A stretch of 64,000 bases of DNA from Macrostomum lignano. Lineage: Eukaryota. The notes under the pieces were generated by a model. It saw only the letters and a list, made by a program, of their open reading frames with translations, was not told the origin of the DNA and made no database searches. The stretch's first letter is position 1. Each line of letters begins with the position of its first letter. The stretch is taken from contig NIVC01001913.1 in the NCBI GenBank assembly GCA_002269645.1, forward strand, positions 124,001 to 188,000. The letters are read 5' to 3'. Position numbers and translations under genes: made by a program. Shown one piece after another: positions 12,001 through 24,897 of this stretch.

Positions 12001-15000
12001 TCCGACCCACTATTATGACACTTCTGCTATCCTAACTTACTCAGGATCTGGGTGTGTTGGCGCACCGGGACTCAGGAATACTATAGTTATGCATTTACAC
12101 ACTTGAGTTCGAGTTCTCACACCAACACCTTGAATTTCTTAAGAAATCTCTCGATTTCACCAATACCCCCCTCTCGCTCTGTCCCGCCTTACATGAAATC
12201 TCCAATATGGGGGCCGACACCCTCAAAGACAACAGTCATCTAGCTGACCGAACTCATGGCCTATTGACAAACAGGTGCCAATCCAAATTATTTCAGAGCA
12301 CAAAAATTTGACTGGTTTCAACCGAAAATTAAATACAGATTTGCACCGACTTTCACAGCTACTGATTCACGCAATCACCAATTTTCTCACACTCCGTGAC
12401 TCTCACAATCACCGAATTTTACAATCTATCGAATTCTACAATCTACCGAATTTTAAAATCTATACCGAATTTCACAATCCACCAATTGTCCCAATCACCG
12501 AAGTTCACAATCTACCGAATTTCACAATCTACCGAAATTCACATCTACCGAAATTCACATCTACCGAAATTCACATCTACCGAAATTCACAATCTACCGA
12601 AATTCACAATCTACCGAAATTCACAATCTACCAAATGTAACAATCTAACAAATTTAACAATCCAACAAATTTCACAACAAGCTAACAATTTTAAAATCTA
12701 CCAAAGATAACAATCTACCAAATCTTGAATCTATCGAAATTCACAATCTACCGATTTTCATAATCTACCGAATTCCAAAATCTACCAAATTTAACAATCT
12801 ACCGAATGTAACAAACCAAATTTAACAATCTACCGAATGTAACAATCTACCAAATTTCTAAATTTACCGGATTTCACAATCTACCGGATTTTACAATCTA
12901 CCAAATTCTACAATCTACCGAATTCAAAATCTACCAAATTTAACAATCTACCGAATGTAACAACCTACCAAATTTCAAAATTTACCGGATTTCACAATCT
13001 ACCGGATTTTACAATCTACCAAATTCTACAATCTACCGAATTAAAAATCTACCAAATTTAACAATCTACCGAATGTAACAATCTACCAAATTTCAAAATT
13101 TACCGATTTCACAATCTACCGGATTTTACAATCTACCAAATTCTACAATCTGCCGAATTAAAAATCTACCAAATTTAACAATCTACCGAATGTAACAACC
13201 TACCGAATTTCAAAATTTACCGGATTTCACAATCTACCGGATTTTACAATCTACCGAATGTAACAATCTACCAAATTCTACAATCTACCGAATTAAAAAT
13301 CTACCAAATTTAACAATCTACCGAATGTAACAATCTACCAAATTTCAAAATTTACCGGATGTCACAATCTACCGGATTTTACAATCTACCTAATTCTACA
13401 ATCTACCGAATTCAAAATCTACCAAATTCTACAATCTACCGAATGTAACAATCTACCAAATTTCAAAATTTACCGGATTTCACAATCTACCGGATTTTAC
13501 AATCTACCAAATTCTACAATCTGCCGAATTAAAAATCTACCAAATTTAACAATCTACTGAATCCTACAATCTATAGAATTTTACAATCACCCAGAATAAT
13601 CGGACTTTCTAAAATTATTCAGTCATGAAATCAGTAAAATTTGATAGGAAAATTCGAAACTACAAACGCACGGTCTGTTTGAGTTCCATTTATCATTAAA
13701 TGAAAACGTAAACAGGTCATCGCGAGAAGCGTGCCTCAAGACAGTAGTGAAAACACTGGCCTGGACACCCACTCAACAAACACCCGCTTACCCATGCATC
13801 TGGTTGCGTCCTCTGTCTGTCTGCCTGTCACCCGCCGAGATTTGCAGGCTGCACTCAAACTCGAAAATTCTCTTCTCGAGAAGTTCAACACCTCAACAAC
13901 AATAAGCCCCGCACGTGACCGCCGGGCCTAAAAACTGGTAGGCGCATTCAGAAGCGGAAGCCAGCCGAGTTCTAACCAACACCAGAGCCACCACCCCACC
14001 CGCCCGAAAGCAAGCAAAAGCAGAAGAGAGGCCTCTGCTTTCCCTTCAACTTCAAGCGCTGTTCCTTCGCCGGCTCTCCCCAGTCCAGCAGGGAGGGTCC
14101 TCCACAGTTTGCTCAAATCCCCTCTCAGCTTCGAGTCCGTAAGCGCAAACGGTAGGACACACTGGCTGAATATAGACTCATAGAGCATGAGTGAGAGACG
14201 GCGTCGCATTGCACCGTATCTCCCTACCGATCCCAAGACGGCTTTGGTCAAGATTTGTACAAATATTTCCCCAAAATCCTTGCCCCGTAACCCCCGCCCC
14301 CCCGAGTCCTTGTTAGCCCTGAGCTTGTTTGTCGGTCGTGTCCTACCGGCCCTGTTCGAAGTCTGCGCGCTCGACGCGGAAGTGCTGAACTGTCAGATCC
14401 TGCCCATATCGGGCCTGGCGAAGAGGGCAGGGGGAGAGGAGAGACCCCAAAACCCACCTGCTGCTTCCGCTTAATAGCAGAAGCCCGAATCCTCAAGTTC
14501 TAAACTTAGAAGCGCTGCTTTTTTGCAGAGTTGTCAGCTTTTGAAGGCGGCAGATTGCGTCTATCTTGCACCCTAAAAGTCCTCGCGGCATCAGCATCAA
14601 GATGTGTGTGATTCGGCCAAGAATTACTGTGTGATTCCGCCAAGAATGACTGTGTGATTCCGCCAAGAATGACTGTGTGATTCCGCCAAGAATTACTGTG
14701 TGATTCCGCCAAGAATGACTGTGTGATTCCGCCAAGAATGACTGTGTGATTCCGCCAAGAATGACTGTGTGATTCCGCCAAGAATGACTGTGTGATTCGA
14801 CCAATAATTACTGTGTGATTCGGCCAAGAATGGCTGTGTGATTCGACCAATAATTACTGTGTGATTCCGCCAAGAATTACTGTGTGATTCGGCCAAGAAT
14901 GACTGTGTGATTCCGCCAAGAATGACTGTGTGATTCGGCCAAGAATGAGTGTGTGATTCGCTCAAAAATGAGCGTTAGGTATCCCAACAGGCGAACAGTA

Positions 15001-18000
15001 CTTCAACACGACATGGCCTTTACGACCCCCACCTGTGGGCCATCGAGTCCCATAAGGCTAGTTAAGCGTTGTTTAAAAATTAAAAGGAAAAATTTCCCAA
15101 TTATTGCAGTTGGCAAGGCGAGAGAGTGCGTGACCTGCACACAGCCCTGGCATCGGAACGCAATCGTTCATTTTCACCTTGTTCACCTTTCTCTTTTCTA
15201 CATTATTGTGCCTGCGCGGGGGGCCAGTTGCAATGGCGGGGCTTGCAGCCTTCAACTATTGCGGCTCAACAACTAGCTTGGTGTGGGTGTGGCTGGGCGC
15301 TTTGATTTCACTGGATTGGAGTTGCTACATATGCGTAGGGCCTCCTATTGTGTAATACCTTACCTGGGTGATTTGGCAATGGAAAGCGTCAAAGTTATGA
15401 TTGAGAAAATGCTTATAAAAATAGAGAGGAGAGGAGGGTGGGGCGAGCTGAACAGGTAGTAAACCCGCTATCATCTCTGCTGGGGCTGCTTGCTACCTGC
15501 ACTGTAATCAGTGCAGGGCAGGAAACCCTATATAGTTAGACCCAAGAGAATCTCTAAATGTTTGTTGCCAGCCAAGGGAAGAGGGGGGTGGAGTGCCCGT
15601 AGCCAGGCGTGCGTTCACGAAATCCCATGCCGGCCTCTTGAGCTTGTTTGCCAACTGCCGAATTTGCTTAATCCCTTGAGCACACAGCTCGGCCTGATCT
15701 TGAGGCCTAGAGCTATTCGTAATCTGGTACCCGAGAGTTCGACGCGCTCAACTCCCAGCCGCTTAACATTGTGTTTCATGTCAGGCCCCGCGGGATGAGT
15801 TGGGAACTTTGAGCAGAAAATCTTCAGTTTTGAGACTAATAAATAAGCCATGGCAACTAAAATGCTCGACTGATTTTTGCTTGTCAAATGGTCAAGCAAA
15901 GATCGGATAGTTAATGCCTAGAGTCAACAAGCGTGCCGCGTCTTGAGCGATTGACTGAGAAGAGCGAACCGAAAATGAGTCCTTATGTGAGCGAGTTTCT
16001 AAGCCTCAATCTTAAGGGCATCGAATATTTTATAGAGAAGCCGATTCTCTTCATTACTGTAGTAGCTTATCAAAGCTCAGGTAGACTGAGGGTAGTAGCT
16101 TATCACGCTCAGGTAGACTGAGGGGTAGCAGCTTATCAATGCTCAGGTAGACTGAGGGGTAGTAGCTTATCAATGCTCAGGTAGACTGAGGGGTAGCAGC
16201 TTATCCAAGCTCAGGTAGACTGAGGGGTAGCAGCTTATCAAAGCTCAGGTAGACTGAGGGGTAGCAGCTTATCAAAACTCAGGTAGACTGAGGGGTAGCA
16301 GCTTATCAAAGCTCAGGTAGACTGAGGGGTAGTAGCTTATCAAAACTCAGGTAGACTGAGGGGTAGCAGCTTATCCAAGCTCAGGTAGACTGAGGGGTAG
16401 CAGCTTATCAAAGCTCAGGTAGACTGAGGGGTAGCAGCTTATCCAAGCTCAGGTAGACTGAGGGGTAGCAGCTTATCCAAGCTCAGGTAGACTGAGGGGT
16501 AGTAGCTTATCAATGCTTAGGTAAACTAAGGGGTAGTAGCTTATCAATGTTCAGGTAGTCTGTGGTGGTAGCCTTTATCAATGCTCAGGTAGAGACTGGG
16601 GTAACTGGGGGGTAGTAGCTTATCAACGCTCAGGTAGACTGAGGGGTAGTGGCTTATCAATGCTCAGGTAGACTGATGGGTAGTGGCTTATCAATGCTCA
16701 GGTAGACTGATGGGTAGTAGCTTATCAATGCTCAGGTAGACTGAGAGGTAGTAGCTTATCAATGCTCGGGTAGACTGAGGGGTAGTAGCTTATCAATGCT
16801 CGGGTAGACTGAGGGGTAGTAGCTTATCAATGCTCAGGTAGACTGAGGGGTAGTGGCTTATCAATGCTCAGGTAGACTGATGGGTAGTAGCTTATCAATG
16901 CTCAGGTAGACTGAGAGGTAGTAGCTTATCAATGCTCGGGTAGACTGAGGGGTAGTAGCTTATCAATGCTCGGGTAGACTGAGGGGTAGAGCCTTATAAA
17001 AAACGTCCAACCACCACTTAGAGTGCTTTTTTTGAAGTCTGTTCACATTTGTCTGAATTTAACCCCAGCCAAAGCCGGGAGTTCACCATGTACTTATCCA
17101 ACAAACGTCATTATCCAGAAAATTCGGCACCCGCTGCAGCAGCTGCGGCCAGCCCATCGGCGCCAAGGAGCTGGTGATGCGAGCCAATCAGCACGCCTAT
17201 CACCTGCCCTGCTTCGCTTGCATCGCCTGCGGACTGCCGCTGCGCAAAGGCGACCAGTTTGTGGTGCGGGACGGCCGGCTGTTCTGCCGATTTGACTACG
17301 AGAGAGAGCTGGCCGCCGCTCTGCAGCAGCAGCCGCAGCCACCGGCGCACCAGACGGTGCAGCAGGCGTCGAGTCAGCAGCAGCAGCAGCAGCCGCAGCA
17401 GCCGCAGCAGCCACAGTCAACTGGGCAGCCGTCGCGCTCGCCCCGCAGCGAAGATCTGGACGAGCTGGACGACTCGGACAGCGAGCAGGGCGGCCGAGGC
17501 GGAGCCAAGCGGCCGCGGACGATCCTGAGCACCGGGCAGCGACGAAAGTTCAAATCGGCCTTCGAAGTCAACCCGAAGCCGTCGAGGAAAGTTCGAGAAT
17601 CGCTGGCCGCGGAGACCGGCCTGAGCGTCCGCGTGGTGCAGGTCTGGTTTCAGAATCAGCGCGCCAAAGTGAAGAAGCTGGCCAGGCGACAGACCGCAGC
17701 AGCGGCGAATGCAGCCTCAGCCGCTGCCGCTTCGGCTGGTGGCGGAATCTCCGACACGACTGGCGACTCGCCGACAGCGGATTCCGTTGTCGCCGCAGCC
17801 GCCGCCGTTGCGGCCGCTCATTCCATTGTCATGGGCGACGACGGCCTGTCCGTGGGACCGCTGGACATTGGGTTGAACGGCGGCGGTGACATCATGCTGC
17901 ATCACCAGGGCAGCAACAATAATAACAACAATAGCAGCATCAACCACAACCACAGCAGCAGCAGCCTAGGCATGCTGGACAGCTTAACCAAGTCCGATGA

Positions 18001-18046
18001 TCCCATGGACAAGCTCTACTCAATGCAGACCACCTACTTCACCTGA
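8892..18046 (+). CDS. Lmx1: LIM-homeobox transcription factor Lmx1 (LMX1A/B orthologue), join(8892..9061,17119..18046), about 365 aa
   Basis: LIM1 CAGC..HEQCVACSVC..CRYD; LIM2 CSSC..HLPCFACIAC..CRFD; homeodomain KRPRTILSTGQRRKFKSAFEVNPKPSRKVRESLAAETGLSVRVVQVWFQNQRAKVKKLARR; Lmx-diagnostic C-terminus PMDKLYSMQTTYF. Phase-2 GT-AG intron 9062-17118. An additional upstream exon cannot be excluded. Confidence 0.95.
9232..9780. repeat. About 25 bp degenerate minisatellite (AAGTCATAAACGGCGCCCTCTACAC), Lmx1 intron
   Basis: Recurring TCATAAACGGCGCC core. Confidence 0.93.
12400..13585. repeat. 17-bp minisatellite (ACAATCTACCGAATTTC) with about 118-bp higher-order repeat
   Basis: Marker TTCACAATCTACCGGA recurs at 12873, 12991, 13108, 13226, (13361), 13479. 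Confidence 0.93.
14603..14959. repeat. 23-bp minisatellite (CTGTGTGATTCCGCCAAGAATGA), about 15 copies
   Basis: Direct tandem copies. Confidence 0.96.
16063..16990. repeat. 34-bp minisatellite (GTAGCAGCTTATCAAAGCTCAGGTAGACTGAGGG), about 27 copies, near the 3' end of the Lmx1 intron
   Basis: Period 34; internal CTCAG-gtaga-CTGAG inverted pair. Confidence 0.96.
17119..18046 (+). CDS. Lmx1: Lmx1 coding exon 2 (LIM2, homeodomain, C-terminus)
   Basis: Acceptor atccag|A AAA TTC GGC ACC CGC TGC, in frame with ORF 17174..18046. Confidence 0.95.
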
Positions 18047-18339
18047 GAGCTCGCTGAACACTGTCGTTAAGAATGAAAACCATACCAAGTTATTATACAC
18101 AAATTATGATTATGAACAAAAATTTTTGTTTTAATCATTCGCCGTCTTTATTGGCCACAGCTTTTGTTTCTGTTTTCTTCTGCTGATTCGATCTTCTTAA
18201 TGCTTACCTGTCCAGTGTTGAGCTGTCTGCTTGCGTTTGCCACCTGTATTTGCATCGGCTTTTTCCTCCCGTGAATCAGATTCTCAGCCTTCTCTCCCGA
18301 TCTCCCGCTTCTTTCCTCATCTCTCTCCCTTTCTCCTTA

Positions 18340-18670
18340 TCTCTCCCCCTCCCTCCTTATCTCTCTCCCTCTCTCCTTATCTCTCTCCCTCTCTCCTTAT
18401 CTCTCTCCCTCTCTCCTTATCTCTCTCCCTCTCTCCTTATCTCTCTCCCTCTCTCCTTATCTCTCTCCCTCTCTCCTTATCTCTCTCCCTCTCTCCTTAT
18501 CTCTCTCCCTCTCTCCTTATCTCTCTCCCTCTCTCCTTATCTCTCTCCCTCTCTCCTTATCTCTCTCCCTCTCTCCTTATCTCTCTCCCTCTCTCCTTAT
18601 CTCTCTCCCTCTCTCCTTATCTCTCTCCCTCTCTCCTTATCTCTCTCCCTCTCTTCTTATCTCTCTCCCT
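18340..18670. repeat. 20-bp polypyrimidine minisatellite (CTCTCTCCCTCTCTCCTTAT)
   Basis: Perfect copies from 18361 to 18650. Confidence 0.97.
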
Positions 18671-20132
18671 CTCCCATTTCCCCTTACCCCCCTCTCTCCT
18701 TATCCCTATCTCTCATTATCTCATTCTCTCACTCTCTCCTTATCCTATCATATCCATGTTATCAACCTAATCCCCCACCTGATCAGTGTTACTTGCCAAC
18801 TACTATCAAGCCCTTCTTCCCAACTGTCGCGCATATTTCTCTCTTTCACCCTTAGCTGAGCAAGGTGGTCGCTTCGCTTTTATCCATGCCATAATGCCAT
18901 AGATACATATATAGTGCAATGAGCTTCGACTGAATGACACAATGCGTTTAGAATGAACCTTAAACTCTGCTGTATGGCACTCATCTATTGTTGTTCTTGC
19001 TACTGTACATAAATATGCTATCCATGTATTCTCTGTCAGACAATGAGCAGTTTATTCATCTCGGAGGAGTGCGTACTATTAATAGTTAATAATAAATATT
19101 ATATTTAAAGCTTAATTTGGCGATCATGTTACTGATTCATTTATTAAAAAACTGTTATAGATATTATCGCCTGATATATGTTATATAATGGTAAATTTTC
19201 ATATATTATTATTGTTACTGGTTCTTAGAAAGCTCAGGGTAGGAAAGATCAAAAGAGCTCACGCAGATCGCGCGGGACAGTCCACTTCCTGTGCTAAAAC
19301 TCATCAGCTATACTCCAGCTTCCGCTTGGCATCTCCATCATCAGCAGTTTCTTGACGGCCCAACCCTTTGGTCCAAGGGCATTTATCCGCCCATCCGTGC
19401 CCGGTCAATGGAGGAACTCAATAGAGAATAGAGCAGAGGGGGAAATCAGGGGACAATGCCAGTGTGACATCACCCACCGGGGGGGATCTCTCTCTATAGT
19501 TCCTTCCTGTTCATCCGCCCGCTTGCCCTCCATCTCTACGAAACTCGCGCTTCGCCTCTCGCACCCCACGGGGGCCGACAAGTCCCTTCGGCCTCAATCC
19601 CGCGAGGCCTTGCGTAGCGCCTGTTGCTTGCGGGAGAGCAGAGCCTGTGCTCCACTCTAATAAGGAGAATATTAAAATGACGTGTGCAACTCGGCAGCCC
19701 CTTTGTGCGCCCCCCGCGGTGGATGGAGCGATTCTATAATGATAATAGAGGGCCCAGACTCAAGTAATAACTAGAACTCGGAATATACTTTTTTGTGTCA
19801 AAACGAAAGCCTGTTCGAGGATTTCATAAACTCAAATTGAGACATCTATACTTTGAGTTGCATAATATTTCTAGACTGGAGGCGCATCGCTTTGATGACT
19901 CTCGATTTCGGCCCAGAAAAAGTTAATTAAATATTCGATATCATTTTGGTTACGTCCTTCGTGTTACGAAAACTCCACAGGTGATGTCCTGTCTGTTGTT
20001 AAGCTAAAATGAAATTTGAAAAACAGCTTTAAACTATTTTTTTCAATTGCTCGAATTCGGTGAGAAAATTTTCAGAACTGGAATTCCATTCTTTCATTAA
20101 TTTTGATCCTTTCAACGTAGATTATTAAAACT

Positions 20133-22770
20133 CCTCAATTCCTTTGTTCCTCAATTCCTCAGTTCCTCAATTCCTCAGTTCCTCAGTTCCTCAGTTCCTC
20201 CGTTCCTCAGTTCCTCAGTTCCTCAGTTCCTCAGTTCCTCAATTCCTTTGTTCCTCAGTTCCTCAATTCCTCAGTTCCTCAGTTCCTCAATTCCTTTGTT
20301 CCTCAGTTCCTCAATTCCTCAATTCCTCAGTTCCTTTGTTCCTCAATTCCTTAGTTCCTCAGTTCCTTAATTCCTCAATTCCTCAGTTTCTCAGTTCCTC
20401 AGTTCCTCAGTTCCTCAGTTCCTCAGTTCCTCAATTCCTTTGTTCCTCAGTTCCTCAGTTCCTCAGTTCCTCAGTTCCTCAATTCCTCAGTTCCTCAGTT
20501 CCTCAGTTCCTCCGTTCCTCAGTTCCTCAGTTCCTCAGTTCCTCAATTCCTCAGTTCCTCAGTTCCTCAGTTCCTCAGTTCCTCAATTCCTCAGTTCCTC
20601 AGTTCCTTTGTTCCTCAATTCCTTAGTTCCTCAGTTCCTTAATTCCTCAATTCCTCAGTTTCTCAGTTCCTCAGTTCCTCAGTTCCTCAGTTCCTCAGTT
20701 CCTCAATTCCTTTGTTCCTCAGTTCCTCAGTTCCTCAGTTCCTCAGTTCCTCAATTCCTCAGTTCCTCAGTTCCTCAGTTCCTCCGTTCCTCAGTTCCTC
20801 AGTTCCTCAGTTCCTCAATTCCTCAGTTCCTCAGTTCCTCAGTTCCTCAGTTCCTCAGTTCCTCAGTTCCTCAATTCCTCAGTTCCTCAGTTCCTCAGTT
20901 CCTCAGTTCCTCAGTTCCTCAGTTCCTCAGTTCCTCAATTCCTCAGTTCCTCAGTTCCTCAGTTCCTCAGTTCCTCAGTTCCTCAGTTCCTCAATTCCTT
21001 TGTTCCTCAGTTCCTCAGTTCCTCAGTTCCTCAGTTCCTCAGTTCCTCAGTTCCTCAGTTCCTCAGTTCCTCAGTTCCTCAATTCCTCAGTTCCTCAGTT
21101 CCTCAGTTCCTCAGTTCTTTAATTCCTTTGTTCCTCAGTTCCTCAGTTCCTCAGTTCCTCAGTTCCTCAGTTCCTCAGTTCCTCAATTCCTTTGTTCCTC
21201 AATTCCTTTGTTCCTCAATTCCTCAATTCCTCCGTTCCTCAGTTCCTTTGTTCCTCAATTCCTTAGTTCCTCAGTTCCTTAATTCCTCAATTCCTCAGTT
21301 TCTCAGTTCCTCAATTCCTCAGTTCCTCAATTCCTCAGTTCCTCAATTCCTCAGTTCCTCAATTCCTCAGTTCCTCAGTTCCTCAGTTCCTCAGTTCCTC
21401 AATTTCTCAGTTCCTCAATTCCTCAATTCCTCAGTTACTCAGTTCCTCAATTCAACAGTTACTCAATTCAACAGTTCCTCAGTTCCTCAATTCCTCAGTT
21501 ACTCAATTCAACAGTTCCTCAGTTCCTCAGTTCCTTAATTCTTCAGTTCCTCAATTCCTCAGTTCCTCCGTTCCTCAGTTCCTCAGTTCCTCAGTTCCTC
21601 CGTTCCTCAGTTCCTCAGTTCCTCAGTTCCTCAGTTCCTCAATTTCTTTGTTCCTCAGTTCCTCAGTTCCTCAGTTCCTCAGTTCCTCCGTTCCTCAGTT
21701 CCTCAGTTCCTCAATTCCTCAGTTCCTCAGTTCCTCCGTTCTTCAGTTCCTCAATTCCTCAATTCCTCAGTTCCTCAGTTCCTCCGTTCCTCAGTTCCTC
21801 AATTCCTCAGTTCCTCAGTTCCTCAGTTCCTCAGTTCCTCAGTTCCTCAATTCCTTTGTTCCTCAGTTCCTCAGTTCCTCAGTTCCTCAGTTCCTCAATT
21901 CCTCAGTTCCTCAGTTCCTCAGTTCCTCCGTTCCTCAGTTCCTCAGTTCCTCAGTTCCTCAATTCCTCAGTTCCTCAGTTCCTCAGTTCCTCAGTTCCTC
22001 AGTTCCTCAATTCCTCAGTTCCTCAGTTCCTCAGTTCCTCAGTTCCTCAGTTCCTCAGTTCCTCAGTTCCTCAGTTCCTCAGTTCCTCAATTCCTCAGTT
22101 CCTCAGTTCCTCAGTTCCTCAGTTCCTCAATTCCTTTGTTCCTCAATTCCTTTGTTCCTCAATTCCTCAATTCCTCCGTTCCTCAGTTCCTTTGTTCCTC
22201 AATTCCTCAGTTCCTCAGTTCCTCAGTTCCTCAATTCCTCAGTTCCTCAGTTCCTCAGTTCCTCAGTTCTTTAATTCCTTTGTTCCTCAGTTCCTCAGTT
22301 CCTCAGTTCCTCAATTCCTCAGTTCCTCAATTCCTTTGTTCCTCAATTCCTTTGTTCCTCAATTCCTCAATTCCTCCGTTCCTCAGTTCCTTTGTTCCTC
22401 AATTCCTTAGTTCCTCAGTTCCTTAATTCCTCAATTCCTCAGTTTCTCAGTTCCTCAATTCCTCAGTTCCTCAATTCCTCAGTTCCTCAATTCCTCAGTT
22501 CCTCAATTCCTCAGTTCCTCAATTCCTCAGTTCCTCAGTTCCTCAATTCCTCAGTTCCTCAATTCCTCAATTCCTCAGTTACTCAGTTACTCAGTTCCTC
22601 AATTCAACAGTTACTCAATTCAACAGTTCCTCAGTTCCTCAATTCCTCAGTTACTCAATTCAACAGTTCCTCAGTTCCTCAGTTCCTTAATTCTTCAGTT
22701 CCTCAATTCCTCAGTTCCTCCGTTCCTCAGTTCCTCAGTTCCTCAGTTCCTCAATTCCTTAGTTCCTCAA
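20133..22770. repeat. (TTCCTCAG)n 8-bp satellite, about 2.6 kb
   Basis: About 330 units; variant blocks re-duplicated at about 20336, 20607, 21247 and 22391. Confidence 0.98.
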
Positions 22771-24228
22771 TAACTGCTATCTTTTTGTTGTCTTATTTCT
22801 TCCAAATTGTGTTGATTGAATTCGAAGACGCTTGACTTGAGATTAGCACAGTATAAAGCGAGCTCAGGATAGATTGGCCGAGTCGGAAGCGTCAGCTTGT
22901 GAGTTTCTTTGCATTCAGACAGTCACGCACTGAAATGAGAGGCTTTCAAGCGAAGATGAAAGCAGAAAAAAGTGAAAATGCGGATTAAGCGGTGAAAGTG
23001 AGCGACTTTTGTTTCGCAACCTGGCCGATCCGTGTCTGTCAGTCTGCGACTCCCCGCCAGGTTTTGGGAGGGCGCGTGAGATTCCTGCGATTGCGCCCAA
23101 ACAGGAAACCGGGTGATGGGAGTCAGTCGGTAAGGGCATTCCTGGGATTCTACCACTGCAACTGCGCCAAGCCCCTTGACTCTCAGCGGGGGTTCTGACC
23201 CTCCCCATGCTGCTCGGCTTTCATAAACACTAGCTCTCTCGGGCTCAGGTGAGGGCCGCCTCCTAAATCAGCCGCGACCCTTTAATCACGGCCGGCCGGC
23301 AGAACAGGATGGATAAATAAGACCTGGTGTGTGTTTTTTGTCGTTGTTACTTTCCTTTTTCGGAGCCTGGAGTATGTCTTTATTTATTGAAGTCATGCAC
23401 CGTTCGGTTGCAGCTCAAATCCCCTGCTCACTGCCCTCCACGCCCCTCCCTCCCTTCCTGTTTTCCCCGAGTTCGAGAAGCAGACTGGGGCGTTGGAAGA
23501 GAAGAAAGAAAAAAAGCAATATTGTTCGGCCACCCGTTCATATTTGTTGCTGTCAGCAAGCCGGCTGCTTCCTGAGCCCCAGCACTCCCAACTGGTCTCA
23601 TCCTGTTCTTCACACCTGCTTCTGAACAACTCCAACGGGTTCCTGCCTCCGAAATTGGAAGCCGGTGGAGCTGCAGCTGCATTTCTTGGAGGCCACCTTA
23701 AGCGACTGAGTATAGTGTCAATTATTATTAAAAATCCCCCTCCCCAGTGAGCAAGTGAAGCGGAAGTGCCAACCGGCATGTTGTTCTGTTCCAAACTAAA
23801 TTATTCGACAACCCGAGCAGATTCCGAAATGCAAAACACGAAAGCCAGTCGGCTCCGTGACTTCAGTGTGTTCTGTTGGCTGTGCATGGCTGCCGATGCA
23901 ACTTCTGGGCCAGTCGACCCTCAGCGGATGCGATGCTCGGAACGGCCTACCCGTGGCTGAGCCAAGAGTCAATAGTCTTCCCACTGGGTAGTAAAATTAA
24001 AAAATCTATATTTTAACTGTTAATACAGTTTGAAATTCTTAATAATTCTTCAGTATTCTGCCCTTATACAATATTACTTATTTTAAGTATTTAAAATCCG
24101 TAAACAAAGGACTCTCATGGAACCCGGTGTAGACTGTCCGAACTTGAGTTGTTGCCGGTTGGGTCATTTTTCAATCCTTTTGAGGCATTATAGTTTGTTG
24201 ACAGTTGTTCTAATACTAATTACTTAGT

Positions 24229-24897
24229 AGATTTGCTTACAAGTGACGGAGTGTATAAAACACTCAAACAGTGAGATTTGCCTACAAGTGACGGAGTGTA
24301 TAAAACACTCAAACAGTGAGATTTGCTTACAAGTGACGGAGTGTATAAAACACTCAAACAGTGAGATTTGCTTACAAGTGACGGAGTGTATAAAACACTC
24401 AAACAGTGAGATTTGCCTACAAGTGACGGAGTGTATAAAACACTCAAACAGTGAGATTTGCTTACAAGTGACGGAGTGTATAAAACACTCAAACAGTGAG
24501 ATTTGCTTACAAGTGACGGAGTGTATAAAACACTCAAACAGTGAGATTTGCTTACAAGTGACGGAGTGTATAAAACACTCAAACAGTGAGATTTGCTTAC
24601 AAGTGACGGAGTGTATAAAACACTCAAACAGTGAGATTTGCTTACAAGTGACGGAGTGTATAAAACACTCAAACAGTGAGATTTGCTTACAAGTGACGGA
24701 GTGTATAAAACACTCAAACAGTGAGATTTGCTTACAAGTGACGGAGTGTATAAAACACTCAAACAGTGAGATTTGCTTACAAGTGACGGAGTGTATAAAA
24801 CACTCAAACAGTGAGATTTGCTTACAAGTGACGGAGTGTATAAAACACTCAAACAGTGAGATTTGCTTACAAGTGACGGAGTGTATAAAACACTCAA
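24229..24897. repeat. 45-bp near-perfect minisatellite, about 15 copies
   Basis: GATTTGCTTACAAGTGACGGAGTGTATAAAACACTCAAACAGTGA; no spacers. Confidence 0.98.

Noticed and set aside
20144-22835. Multiple (SSVPQFL)n ORFs
   Set aside because: Translations of the 8-bp satellite in all frames.
24229-24897. CRISPR-like array
   Set aside because: Identical 45-bp units have no unique spacers, there are no cas genes, and the context is eukaryotic.
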